From Anthoceros angustus (Eukaryota > Plantae > Anthocerotophyta), in assembly GCA_010909165.1 (NCBI GenBank), contig VJWM01000106.1, forward strand, positions 930,001 to 994,000: DNA of 64,000 nt, written 5' to 3'. The position numbers were made by a program, and so were the translations under genes. Under the pieces are notes generated by a model. It saw nothing but the letters and a program-made list of their open reading frames with translations. It ran no database searches and had not been told where the DNA came from. Shown in pieces: positions 23,484-35,780 of the stretch. Position 1 is the stretch's first letter. The number at the start of each line of letters is the position of its first letter.

Positions 23484-26400
23484 TGTGGTGACCACATGGG
23501 TACTCCGACCCCCTTGAAAAGGAGTGTTTTTTTGTTTTGTGTTTAAGTTGTGAGAATCGTGTGGGGTTGGAATGTGAAGTAGGTTAGGAAATAAGAAAAG
23601 TCTACTAGAGCCTAGTAGGAGGAAGAGAGTCTAGTCCCGATCCCGGCCAGAACCTTGGAGGGTTGGTGCTCGGGGTTGCTACGCGTTGCTAGGGCCGTTG
23701 ATAACAGGACTGTTGCTATGACAACAACTCGGGAGCCCTGCTATGGTAGCAACCAAGTCGAGTTATTTTCCGATAAATTGGAAAACCTATTTGGGCCAGG
23801 AAATACCCGAATGAATGTGAGGAACATGGAGGTACTTGATCCATGCCTTGGCAGACCTGGATCCTACCTATGGGTTGGACTCTTATGGAGGAGACTTTCA
23901 CCACCCATCCAGGATTCAAGAGCTCACCGAGGAGGAGTACGGCTATGCGAGCACAAGAGAGAGGAGTCCAGCTGAGGAGGTGGAGATTTTATGGGAGAGA
24001 TTGCCCAACCAGCCAAGAGGGAGGAGAGCAAGAGGAACATGGGGCTAGGAGGCCTAGGAGGCCTGGAGAGGTAATAGGGTAAGTGAGAAATAGCTAAAGG
24101 CCCATGTGTTATAGAGAATCTTATCTCTCATAGTGGATGTAATTAAGAGATAGGCCTCTAGGATTGGTAGGCTAAGGATTGGTATTTTGGCAAGCCAAGC
24201 GCTTTTGTCGATCTTGGGTATAAGGCGGCCCTCTTGATGAAATGTAAGCAATGTTGGTTTAAGGTCTTGGTGTTTGGGGGCACGGGGTTTGGGGGTACGG
24301 ATCCAGTCGTAAGTCTAGACACTCTCTTTGTCACAGGAGAAGCGAAGACCACCAAGTTGCCTAGATCCATGTGGCGGATCCGAGGGTGGTGGAAAGCAAG
24401 GGAGGGAGCCTTGAGGTCTCCTTGGAGGGAGTTTCCAAGGTCAAGAGGAAGGGGTTGTGAAGCCGGGAGGCTGTCGACTCTTCCTCATTCCCTCTCTAGT
24501 CTAGTACTCACCTTGTGTTTGAGTTTTCGGTGTGTTGGAGGTTTGGTGTTTGGAAAATAGAGGGAAAAGTGAGCCTGTGAGGAGAAGTGGAGAATGCCGG
24601 ACATGGAGAGTTGCTGATTGCTGTTTGAGAGGGTAAGAAGGAATGGAGAAGTCTAAGTGATGTTTGTGTTCTTGAAGAGGAGTGAGTGGAGGTTGAAGAT
24701 CCGTGAGTGGATGAGGGAATGATTGCGAGGTGGAACAAGTATTTTGAGAGTTGGTGAAGGTCTGTAAGGGCCTGGATGAGAACCTTGTAAGGCTGGAGAG
24801 GAGCGTGGTGAAAGTGGAGATTGAATGGGGCGGTGAGGTGTGAGAACAAGGAGAGTTGAAGAGAGTTCTGGGAAACTTGGAGTGTGGGAGGGGCTGAGAG
24901 GCACCTCAAGGGGCTGTGAGAGCCGGAGGTCAGATGGAGCTTGGAAGGTGAGCCGAAGGCTGGAGGAGAGACAAGGAAGTCAAGAAGTGCCGTAAGAGAA
25001 AGGGGTAGTTTGTGTGAGCCCTTTAGTGAGTTGTCCTAGGTTTAGGTTTAGAGATTAGGTTAGGGCTGCTTGGGTTGTCCATAAATAGTGTGTGGAAAAG
25101 GTGACACGTGGCTAACTCGATTGGTGGATCTAACTTTGTGGATAGATAAGAGAGAGGTGTCCAACCTTATCCACTTGATCCCCAAGTGGGTCCCACCTTC
25201 TAATAGCCAGACCGATCCCAAGGTGGACCCCACGCTAAAATAGAGGGTGGTTGCTAAGATAGCAAGCAAGATCTGCCGTTGCTAAGGTAGCAAGTCGCGT
25301 GGCTAAGATAGCCCCAGTCGAGTGTTGTTAGGATAGTAGCTGTCTAGCTAGATGTTTTGGTGTCTGTGTTTGGTTGGATTGGCTATGTTTTGGTTGTCTT
25401 GACACGAAATCACTCCCTTGGGTACGAATCTCAAGTCTACAACGATAAAGAGGGTAAATGTGGCCTCTTTGTGACCACTTGGTTTAGAAAATCACTCCAC
25501 ATTTTGGCGCCGTTCGAGTGTCATTGTTGTCAAGACCTTAGAGTAGACTAACCTTGTCTAGTAGTGTATTGGGAGTCTTGAGTGTGATACATGGATGCTA
25601 CCCATTGAGTCTCGAAAGTTCGACTCGGTAGAGAAGACTCCGGAAGAAGACAACGCTGTGGAGCGAGGCGAAGGGCTGCACCGAGCCGAGGAGAGCACAG
25701 TAAACGTGCTGGAGGAGCCAAGAAGCAAACAGCAGCTGCCTAGGGGACGATGCCATCCTTGTCTTCGACCTCCGTCGAACTTGTGCGGCTGCGTGAACTC
25801 AAGAACTTTTGGACAGTTGCTACAGAGATCCTGTTGCTAGACCAACAATCGCGTTCGGGATAGTGACGTCATGGCGACTTGTTCCTTTTGCAATAACTAC
25901 TGCGCCATACCCATGTATGGAGAGAAGAAGGGTATGAAGATCCGACGAGTTTGTTGAACGCTGAGCAACTAACCATTGCAAATCGTGAACTGGGATCCGC
26001 ATTCTCTTCTACGGAGTTCTTCGGAGGGCCAAGTGGTACAAGAGGAGTACCTCAAGGCATCAGACGAACCTTCAACGAACAAGAAAGCCTTTTGTGAGAG
26101 GTTCAGGAATAGATGTAGAAGGCTACGTGTTGTCAAAGTTGGAGTTTTGAGGAGAAGAAGGAAGGAGACCTTGCAAGCTTATGTTGAGAGGTTTCTTAAC
26201 TTGCGTGACGTAGTGGTCCTCACTCGATTCTGCCATTCGGTGGTTGCTAAGGGGTTAGGTTAGATGGGCCGACATGTGAGGCAAGCGGAGAAGGACGTAG
26301 ACAAGGCCATCAAGGCGGCACTCAACTACGAATCCAACCCTTGGACAAGAAGAAGCACAAGAAGGAAAAGAGCAAGAAGAAGAAGTCCAAGCGAGGGAAG

Positions 26401-29400
26401 AAGGACAAGGGATCTTCGTCGGAGGAGGAGGAGAGTGACTCCTCTCAAGACTCAGACTGGAGGACTCTTCCTGAGGATGGCAGACGGAGGAAGAATCCTC
26501 AAGACGAGAGAGGCAGAAGAAGAAGAAGGTTGGCGTGCTAGAAGAAACCAGGCTCGAGGATCAAGGGAGCTGGCGCTAAACAAGAGGTTGCTAGTGCTAA
26601 GAAGGAAGTGGAACAAGTCAAGAGGGAGTACTCAAGGCATCAAGAAAAGAACCTTCAACGAATCAAGAAAGCCTTTTGTGAGAGGTTCAGGGAATAGATG
26701 TAGAAGGCTACGTGTTGTCAAAGTTGGAGTTTTTGAGGAGAAGAAGGAAGGAGACCTTGCAAGCTTATGTTGAGAGGTTTCTTAACATGGATCGTAGTGG
26801 TCCTCACTCGATTTACAGTGCCATTCTGGTTGCTAAGGTTAGATCCCGAGATGGGCCGACATGTGAGGTCAGCAAAGACGAGACAAGGCCATCAAGGCGC
26901 ACTCAACTACGAAGAATCCAACTGGACAAGAAGAAGCACAAGAAGGAAAAGAGCAAGAAGAAGAAGTCCAAGCGAGGGAAGAAGGACAAGGGATCTTCGT
27001 CGGAGGAGGAGGAGAGTGACTCCTCTCAAGACTCAGACTGGAGGACTCTTCCTGAGGATGGCAGACGGAGGAAGAATCCTCAAGACGAGAGAGGCAGAAG
27101 AAGAAGAAGGTTGGCGTGCTAGAAGAAACCAGGCTCGAGGATCAAGGGAGCTGGCGCTAAACAAGAGGTTGCTAGTGCTAAGAAGGAAGTGGAACAAGTC
27201 AAGAGGGAGTACTCAAGGCATCAAGAAAAGAACCTTCAACGAATCAAGAAAGCCTTTTGTGAGAGGTTCAGGGAATAGATGTAGAAGGCTACGTGTTGTC
27301 AAAGTTGGAGTTTTTGAGGAGAAGAAGGAAGGAGACCTTGCAAGCTTATGTTGAGAGGTTTCTTAACATGGATCGTAGTGGTCCTCACTCGATTTACAGT
27401 GCCATTCTGGTTTGCTAAGGTTAGATCCCGAGATGGGCCGACATGTGAGGTCAGCAAAGACGAGACAAGGCCATCAAGGCGCACTCAACTACGAAGAATC
27501 CAACTGGACAAGAAGAAGCACAAGAAGGAAAAGAGCAAGAAGAAGAAGTCCAAGCGAGGGAAGAAGGACAAGGGATCTTCGTCCGGAGGAAGAATCAGAG
27601 GAGAGTGACTCTCTCAAGACTCAGACTGGAGGACTCTTCCTGAGGATGGCAAGACGGAGGAAGAATCCTAAGACGAGAGAGACGCAAGAAGAAGAAGGTT
27701 GACGCTAAGAAGAAACCAGAGGCTCGAGGATCAAGGGAGCGCTGTAAACAAGAGGTCGCTAGTGCTAAGAAGGAAGTGGAACAAGTCAAGAGGAGGTCAA
27801 GTCAGAAGAAGGTGCAACAAAGAAGAAATGAAGATGGAGGAAATGATGAGCAAATTCGAGAAGTTTCACCTCAACGCAAGGAGCATGAGAAGAGGAGAGA
27901 GCGCATCCGCTCGGGCTGCTTTGTTCCACTTGGCCAGCCAGCCACACCAGTCCAATGGCCAAGGTGCACATGCTCGCCACGAGGAGGAGGAAGAGGATCG
28001 CGGAGGATACCCGGATCCGGAGGTTTCCAGGACAACAGATTCCCAAGACTCCATCCATCGATGCTGCGAAATTCCATGGGGTGGCATTCGTAACAACCAA
28101 GTGCCTGTGGTTGCTAACCAAGCAACGGTGTGGTTCGGCTACAACAGAGGCTTTGGTCATTATGCAAATAGCTGTCATCGCCACAGACAGAGCCAATGGT
28201 GACTACGAACGTGCAAGACGCAAACAACAGGTCATGTGGCGGGAGTGTCACTTGCCCAAACCGAGGAAGGCTCAATTGCTCAACCACCTGTGGTTCAAGC
28301 ATCCTCAAGGAGCTGCGCCATGCACGTGGAGGATGCCCTATGGCTTTGGGAGGATGCGAAGCCATGGTGTTGCGAGCTAGATGGACTGGGGGTGCAGGAG
28401 ACTACTACGGAGGCTGCAGCCATGGTCATGCGCACTAGGAATGAAAAGCTAGGAGGAAGCTGCGGAAGAAGAAAGAGACGGAGGTGCAATCACCAAAGTC
28501 CAAGAGAGCACTCCAAGCCCGGAGGGAACGGATCTAGAGGAGACACTTGAGAAGGAGAACCCAGAAGGAAGAATCAAGGAGTGAATCGCCTGGGGCCATC
28601 GAGAAAAGAAGTTCCGGAAAAGGGAGAGGAAACCCGAGTTTCCACCGGACGTCGAAGTCATGGAGATGATAGAGGAGGAATTGACCAAGACAAAGTCTCG
28701 AGCCTGATCCAGAGGCAGAAGTCCTCTCGTTAGCAGTTGCTAAGCAAACAACCGGACGTTGTTGCTAAAGCAACCGCTAGGGAAGAATCGAGGACCATTT
28801 AACCTTGCCAAGCCATCATGGATCAATTTGCCATCACGCTTGGTCAACTATTGAAGGACAACCTACGCAACAAGTTCGAGGCCTTGCAAGCGCAACCCAA
28901 GAGGAAGAGGCGATTGCCCAAGCCGGGACCAAGGGTGCTGACCCTACAACAACTAGTGTCCATGATAGACCAAGGGCCCGGAGTCGCAAGTGGAGATCAG
29001 TGTCATCAAGCGGGTTCCCGGATCGGATCCGGTGAACATCATGACGAAGCAAGGAAGCTTGGGTTGGACATTGAGCATACCACAGGTCGAGATTGGCGAC
29101 ATGTCAAAAATGCAGCACTGGAGAGCGAAGGAGTAACCACCATCATAGGGACCATTCCCTATCTCATGGACTATGTGGTTATCCGGACAAGGCGCCAGTG
29201 ACATCCTATTGGGAAGGACCGGCCGTGGCTCAAGATGCAAGATGACTTGGGGAGGAAGGAAGTGGCTTTTAAGCCAATGGATTGGGACCCCAAGACGAAG
29301 GAGGCGAATTTGTTTGAGTTGGAGCAGGATACCCTCGTGGGGAGACTCCTACTGAACGGAAGGATACACATCGTGGAGAAACATCCGACTGGAGGAAGAA

Positions 29401-32400
29401 GGGGAACTGGACAAATTTCCTTTTGCACATATCGCATGGTCGATGAGGAGGAAGAGTATAGGAGGGATATCCCTTACTCCCTCAATTTGGTGGACCGCTT
29501 TGGTTCATGGAGGACGCACCAGAGGAGGAGCTGCTAACAGGCTTGCTAAGGAAGCAGGCGCTTGCTAAGGAAGCACAGATTCACGACGGTTGCTAAGGAA
29601 GGGGCGAGGGGTCGACAGCAGTGAGGGTGAGCCAGGATCATTCGATTCACCTCGAGGACCTGGAGTGGGGATGAGGGAAGAGGACCTCGTGAACCGGAGG
29701 AAGGGTTTGGTGAGAGTTCAGCACCGTGGAGCGAGAATGGGTACAAGCGGACGAGATTAAGGATGTGGAGGTATTGCCCGAAGGTGCTGAAGTTTGCACT
29801 GGAACCAGTTGGAAGAAGGAATGAAACAGCTCCTTCGAGTTCATCGACGTGTTTGCCTTCGAGGTGAGAGATATGAAGGGATTCCCAAGAAGTGGGGAGC
29901 ATAGGATCGATTTGGAGCCGTGAGCGACTCCGTCGATTCCCAATACATGAACCCAAAGTACTCACTCAAGGTGAAGGAGCAGCATTGTACTTGAAGGCGG
30001 ACGTCATCTATCCAATCGTCAACACGGTGGGTGGCTCCGATCGTGTGGTTCAAGAAGCACGGAAAGATTCGAGTATGTACCGGAGGAAGCTCAACAAAGC
30101 AACCAAGAAGGACCATTTCCCCCGCCATTCATCGACAACATCCCGGACTTGGTGGTCGAAGATGTGTACTCGTTCTTGGCTGGGTACAATCATGCACTTG
30201 AGAGTGACTGCCTCTAACGCCTTCACGGATTGGGGACCTTCGCTTACAAGAGAAGTGCGTTGATTGACGGGCGCCGTTCCTTCATGCGGAGCATGGTTGA
30301 GATCTTCAAGGAGTATCTCCACAAGTTCATGGAGGTATTCCTAGATGATTTTGTGTGTTTGGGAGTGTGGAGGAGCACCGGATCACTTGCGTGCTTGGCG
30401 AGTGTCGTGAAACTCAACTTGCCTACATCCCGAGAAATGCTACTTTGGCATGCGGAGGGATTTTGTTGGGCAATTTCACGAGGCATCAAGTTGATCCGCA
30501 TAAGGTGAAGATGATTGTTGCCCAAGCCCCAACAACTCTCAAGGAACTCGGGGTTCCTTGGCATGGTGGGCTACTACGCTTTGTAACTTTGCTAGGAGGG
30601 CTGCTCCGACCATTGAGGAAGGACCAAGAGTGGACGACGGTGAGGAGGCAGATTTCAAGATTTGAGGACCACGTTGGTAACAGCCCCAACCCTCAAGGGA
30701 CCGGATTGGAGCAAGAAGTTCCATGTTTTACGTGGATGTTTCCGCCCGCCATTGGTACGTCTTGAGCCAGTGGATAAGAAGAGGGACTACCCGATCTACT
30801 ACCCTCGGGCAACTCACCGATCACGGAGCGCAAGTACACAACAATCGAAAGGGAAGCCCTTGGGATGGTGTATTCGATGAAAGTTTCGTCATTATCTCCT
30901 CTCCTATGAGTTTGTGTTTCCATGTTGACCATTTTGCTCTCAAGCATCTTGTCAACAAGGCGGATCTTCGGTCGCATAGCTCGTTGGATCTTCTGTGCAA
31001 GAGTTCACCTTCACGGTGGAGACACGTGAGGGGAGGAAGCATGTGAACGCCGACTACTCCCGACGGAGAAGGTGGAGTGATCAAGAAGATCATTTTCCGG
31101 ATGAAGCTTTCTTCGGAGGAGGATGAGGAGAGTGCTAGGCCCAATGCCAAGTTGATCGGAAACGGAGGTGCACCAAATGAGAAGGGAGGAGAAGTTTTGA
31201 GCCACCTATGAGGAGGTCTTTCGCTTTTAGGTCGATACCAAGACTGTACAACAGAGGTTGTTCCTATACTTCTCGCACTGTTGGCGAGACAAGTGGTAGG
31301 CCGATGGAGTTGAGAGGTTGTGGGTCAAGGATGGTCAAAAGGACCGGGTTCTCGGCCTTGCATGAGGAGGAGGCCGGAGGTCACCACAACGTGACTGTAA
31401 GAAGATCTTAGGCGGTGGTATTGGTGGCCAACCTTGCATAGATGCTAGGGAGTTCATCAAGCGTTGTGATGCATGTCAAAGGGTTGAAGCCAACCAGACC
31501 ACAGGGCCATTGGTCCCTATCCTAGCCTTGGCGCCCTTTGAGAAGTGGGGGATTGACTTCGTTGGGCCGATTCAGCCCAAGACCAAGGGGAGCCAATCCA
31601 ATATAACAGCGGACTCTGCATGGTGGCCAAGCTCAAGCCCTGCCCGTGGACACAGCGAATGTGGTGGCCAGGTTCTTGTTTGAGCACATCATCACAAGGT
31701 ACGGGTGCCCGTTGGAACTGGTTAGCGACAGGGGTACCCATTTCATCAACGAGGTGATCTCACACATGGTGAGGTACTTCAACATCAGCCATAGGAAGAC
31801 CACCCCCTACAACCCCAAAGCAAATGGACTCACAGAGAAAGCTAATGGATTGCTTTGCAGGATCCTTAACAAGTTGACCATCACCTACACCTACGAAAGG
31901 AACCGGAAGCTTCACTCGGCGTTGTGGGCGATAGGAGAAGGTGACCACAGCAGACTCCCTACTACCTCACCTATGGGCACTCACATGCCCATTGAGTTTG
32001 AAGTGCCAACGTTGAGAGTCCAAGAGCATAGAGGATGACGGTGGAGAGCCATTGGAGAGGCTCATAGGCTTTGTTCAGACATGGAGAGTAGGAACAAGCC
32101 TTGGCAGTCCTGAGCGTCAAGGAAGAGGAAGGAATGGCATGACCTAAGGCAAAAACAAGAGTACGTTGTTCGGGACTTGGCGTTCTTTGATGACACAGTA
32201 CATGCACTTCCCAGTCGCATCTTAGATGGATGGGTCCCTACGGTGCGCAAGTGTTCGACAATGGATCCATACACTGCGCAACTTGATGGACTGCAACCAG
32301 GTCAATGGTTGGCGCGTGAAGAAGTATTACCAATAAGTTGGCGGGACGCCAACAAATGAGAAGGGAGTATGTGGTGACCACATGGGTACTCCTCGAAAGG

Positions 32401-34379
32401 AGTGTTTTTGTTTTGTGTTTAAGTTGTGAGAATCGTGTGGAGTTGGAATGTGAAGTAGGTTAGGAAATAAGAAAAGTCTACTAGAGCCTAGTAGGAGGAG
32501 AGAGTCTAGTCCCGATCCTGGACGGAACCCGGAGGGTTGGGCTGCTCGACCTTAACGCGTTGCTAGGGCCGTTGATACAGGACTGTTGCTATGACAACAA
32601 GACGGAGCCTGTTGCTATGGTAGCAACCAAGTCGGAGTTATTTTCCGATAAATTCGGAAAACCTATTTGGGAAATCACAGAAATACCCGAATGGAAGTGG
32701 AACATGGAGGTACTTGATCCATGCCTTGACGGCCGGATCCTACCTATGGGTTGGATTCTTATGGAGGAGACTTCACCATCTATCCGATTCAAGAGCTCAC
32801 CGAGGAGGAGTACCCGGACTGTCAGGCAGCACAAGAGAGAGGAGTCCAGCGAGGAGGAGATTTTATGGGAGATTGCCCAACCAGCCAAGAGGGAGGAGAG
32901 CAAGAGGAGAACATGGCTAGGAGGCCTAGGAGGCCTGGAGAGGTAATAGGGTAAGTGGCCCACAGAAATGGCTAAAGGCCCATGTTATAGGTATCAAATC
33001 TTATCCTCTCATAGTGGGAATTGATAGATAGGCCTCTAGGACTTGGTAGGCTAAGACTGATTGGTATTTTTGGCAAGCAGTTTGTGGGCTGATCTTGGGT
33101 ATGAGGCAGCCCTCTTGATGAAATGTAAGCAATGTTGGTTTAAGGTCTTGGTGTTTGGGGGAAAACGGGGTTTGGGGGTACGGATCCGTGTAAGTCTAGA
33201 CTCCTTTGTCACGGAGAAGCCAAGACCACCAAGTTGCCTAGATCCTGTGGCCGATCCGCAAGGGTGGTGGAAAGCAAGGGAGGGAGCCTTGAGGTCTCCT
33301 TGGAGGAGTTTCCAAGGTCAAGAGGAAGGGGTTGTGAAGCGGGAGGCTGTCCGGACTCTTCCTCATTCCCTTCACTAGTCTAGTACTCACCTTGTGTTTG
33401 AGTTTTTCGTGTGTTGGAGGTTTGGTGTTTGGAAAATAAGAGGGAAAAGTGAACTGTGAGAGAAGTGGAGAATCTTTGGACATGGAGAGTTGATCAGGAG
33501 AGGAGGACTGGAGAAGTCATGAGTGCGTTTGTGTTCTTTGAAGAAAGAGGTGGAGGTTGAAGATCCGTGAGTGGATGAGGCGGAATGATTATGGGAGGTA
33601 GGTGAACAAGTATTTTGAGAGTTGGTGAAGGCTGTAAGGGCCTGGATGAGAACCTTGTAAGGACGGAGGTCTTGTGTCATGAAAGTGGAGATTGAATGGG
33701 GGGCGTTGAGTGTGAGAACAAGGAGAGTTGAAGAGAGTTCTTTGGGGAGACTTGGAGTGTGGGGAGGATGCGAGAGGCACCTCAAGGGGCTGTGAGCTGG
33801 AGAGGTCATGGAGCTTGGAAGGTGGTGAAAGGCGGAGGAGAGACAAGGAAGTCAAGAAGTCTTGCAAGAGAAAGGGGGTGGTTGTGTGTGCAACCCTTTA
33901 TCTTTGTGAGTTGTCCTAGGTTTAGGTTTAGAGATTAGGGTTAGGGCCGGCTGCTTAGGTTGTCCATATAGTGTGTGGAAAGGTGACACGTGGCTAACTC
34001 GATTGGTGGATCTAACTTTGTGGATAGATAAGAGAGAGGTGTCCTTATCCACTTGGATCCCCAAGTGGGTCCCACCTTCTATTAATAGCCGGACTGATCC
34101 CAAGGTGGACCCCACTCTAAAATAGAGGGTGGTTGCTAAGATAGCAACCGGGTACAGTTGCTAAGGTAGCAGGTCGGCTAAGATAGCCGTGTCCGAGTGT
34201 TGTTAGGATAGTAGCACAGTGCATCTGCTAGATGTTTGGTGTGAGTCTGTGTTTGGTTGGATTGGCTATGTTTGGTTGTCTTGACACGAAATCACTCCCT
34301 TGAGTACGAATCTCAAGTCTACAACGATAAAGAGGGTAAATGTGGCCTTTGTGACCACTTGGTTTGAAAATCACTCCAC
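23484..34379 (+). mobile_element. Nested non-chromovirus Ty3/Gypsy element (Athila/Tat-like), full length, 2-kb LTRs, inserted in the DNMT domain
   Basis: LTRs 23484-25501 and 32370-about 34379 start TGTGGTGACC and end CACTCCAC(A). PBS TGGCGCCGTT at 25505; PPT GAGAAGGGAGTA at 32358-32369; TSD CCAAG on the left and degenerate CCAG on the right. Internal gag with a zinc-knuckle remnant (about 28135-28180), RT (FMEVFLDDF about 30330), RNase H (about 30700-31050) and integrase (FEKWGIDFVGP about 31540; YNPKANGLTEK). Confidence 0.9.
26045..27792 (+). repeat. Tandem triplication of a unit of about 581 bp within gag of the 2-kb-LTR element
   Basis: gagta(c)ctcaaggcatc starts at about 26045, 26626 and 27207; copies 2 and 3 are nearly identical over their first halves. 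Confidence 0.9.
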
Positions 34380-34380
34380 C

Positions 34381-34693
34381 AGCGACCTAATCAGTTGTCA
34401 AGGATGTAGCATCGGAAGGCATGCCCAACAAGTCATCAAGGCGACAAGCCGCACTTCCCGTGAACACGCTGGACACCCCATGGCGCTTGGCCAACCTTTG
34501 TGTCCAAGTCCAAGTCTTACGCCTTGGGAACCATGGCCGGCGTTGTGGTGGGACATGGCGAGGCCTTGGGAGAGCCAACACGAGAGAGGAGTTGGCCATG
34601 GGATTCTTTAGACCCACGAAGACAAGGAGTGAGAAGGAATGGTGTCGATTGCTTGGGCAAGCATTTGACGTGAACATGATGGTGGTTGTTTAG
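34381..34693 (+). pseudogene. DNMT3-like domain, C-terminal half (target-recognition region, motifs IX-X)
   Basis: Resumes after the nested element and ends NTREELAMGFFRPTKTRSEKEWCRLLGQAFDVNMM, which parallels DNMT3A EMERVFGFP...RQRLLGRSWSV (motifs IX/X). Confidence 0.75.
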
Positions 34694-34849
34694 CTGTCGC
34701 TTACCAACGAAACCGGAAGGCGGGGTTGAAGCGGGGTTCGGTGGGTGAAGGACATTCCGACTCGCATCTCAGAGAAGGCGAGTTTGGAGGGCAAGGAGGC
34801 GAGCACGTAGAGGCGTGCAAGCCATCGAGCCACACCACATGAGTGGTTA

Positions 34850-35780
34850 ACGTCGAGTTGAAGAGCAATCAAGCGTCAGCTAAAGGAGTTGTTGGAGGCA
34901 TCGCGACATGTGTTTGCTTTCACGCTTGCGGAGATGGGGAAGTACACCAAAGGGAAGTTCCACATAGAACGACCACGGATGAACCGGTGTTCGCAGAGGC
35001 ACAGGCTCGCAAGGCAGTGGGATTTGGTTGAGAATCGATGCCAAGAGCTTCTCAAGCTAGGGGACGATCTAACTCGCGATGTGCAGGTGACATGCTTCCG
35101 AAAAGAAGGATGAGAATGGATTGTGGACGGAGAGGAGAATGTGGTGACTATCGGCCGTTGAGCAGCGAATCCACATGACCACTATCCCATGCCGATGGTC
35201 AAGAGATCTTTGACACCATTGGGTCTTAAGTTCTTCTCAACATTGGACTTGAGGCTAGGGTTTCACCAAGTAGAGATCGTAGAAGACAAGAAGAGAAAGC
35301 GGCGTTGCAGATTGCTTATGCAGAGTGGAACTACATGCCATTGGTTGAAGACATCAACGCGTTCAAAGATACATGGACAATGAGCTCAAGGACTTGCCTT
35401 TCGCCAAGTGCTACATTGATGATGTCATCATCTTCAGCAATACCTTTGAGGAGCATCTACAACATCTTTGAGCAGTCTTTGCTAGATTGGCAGGCTGTGG
35501 GTTGAAGGCCCATCCAGGGAAGTGTCGATTTGGAGAGGACAAGGTGTTGTACTTGGGTCATTGGATCACGCTGGATCTCGCATGCCACCAAGGTGGAGGC
35601 AATGTGGCGCATTCCGACCAAACGACATCTCAAGTTGAGGGCATTCTTGGGGTTGGCGGTTACTACGGGAAGTTCATTCCGCGGATGAGAGGATTGCGGC
35701 CATTGAATGACTTGTTGAAGAAGTTGGTGACTTGGCGTTGGACTCAAGAGGAGTCGCTTTCATGGAGTTGAAGGGTAGAC
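34850..35780 (+). pseudogene. Reverse transcriptase of the outer Gypsy
   Basis: CQELLKLG; RMCGDYRPL; KFFSTLDLRLGFHQVEI; EWNYMPFG; FAKCYIDDVIIFS (YIDD); GLKAHPGKCRFGEDKVLYLGH. Ends ELKGR at the Copia insertion and continues LMSSPILGHP at 57585. Confidence 0.9.

Noticed and set aside
23712-23725. RFX X-box match GTTGCTATGACAAC
   Set aside because: RFX factors are not known in the plant lineage; kept only as part of the unassigned palindrome finding.
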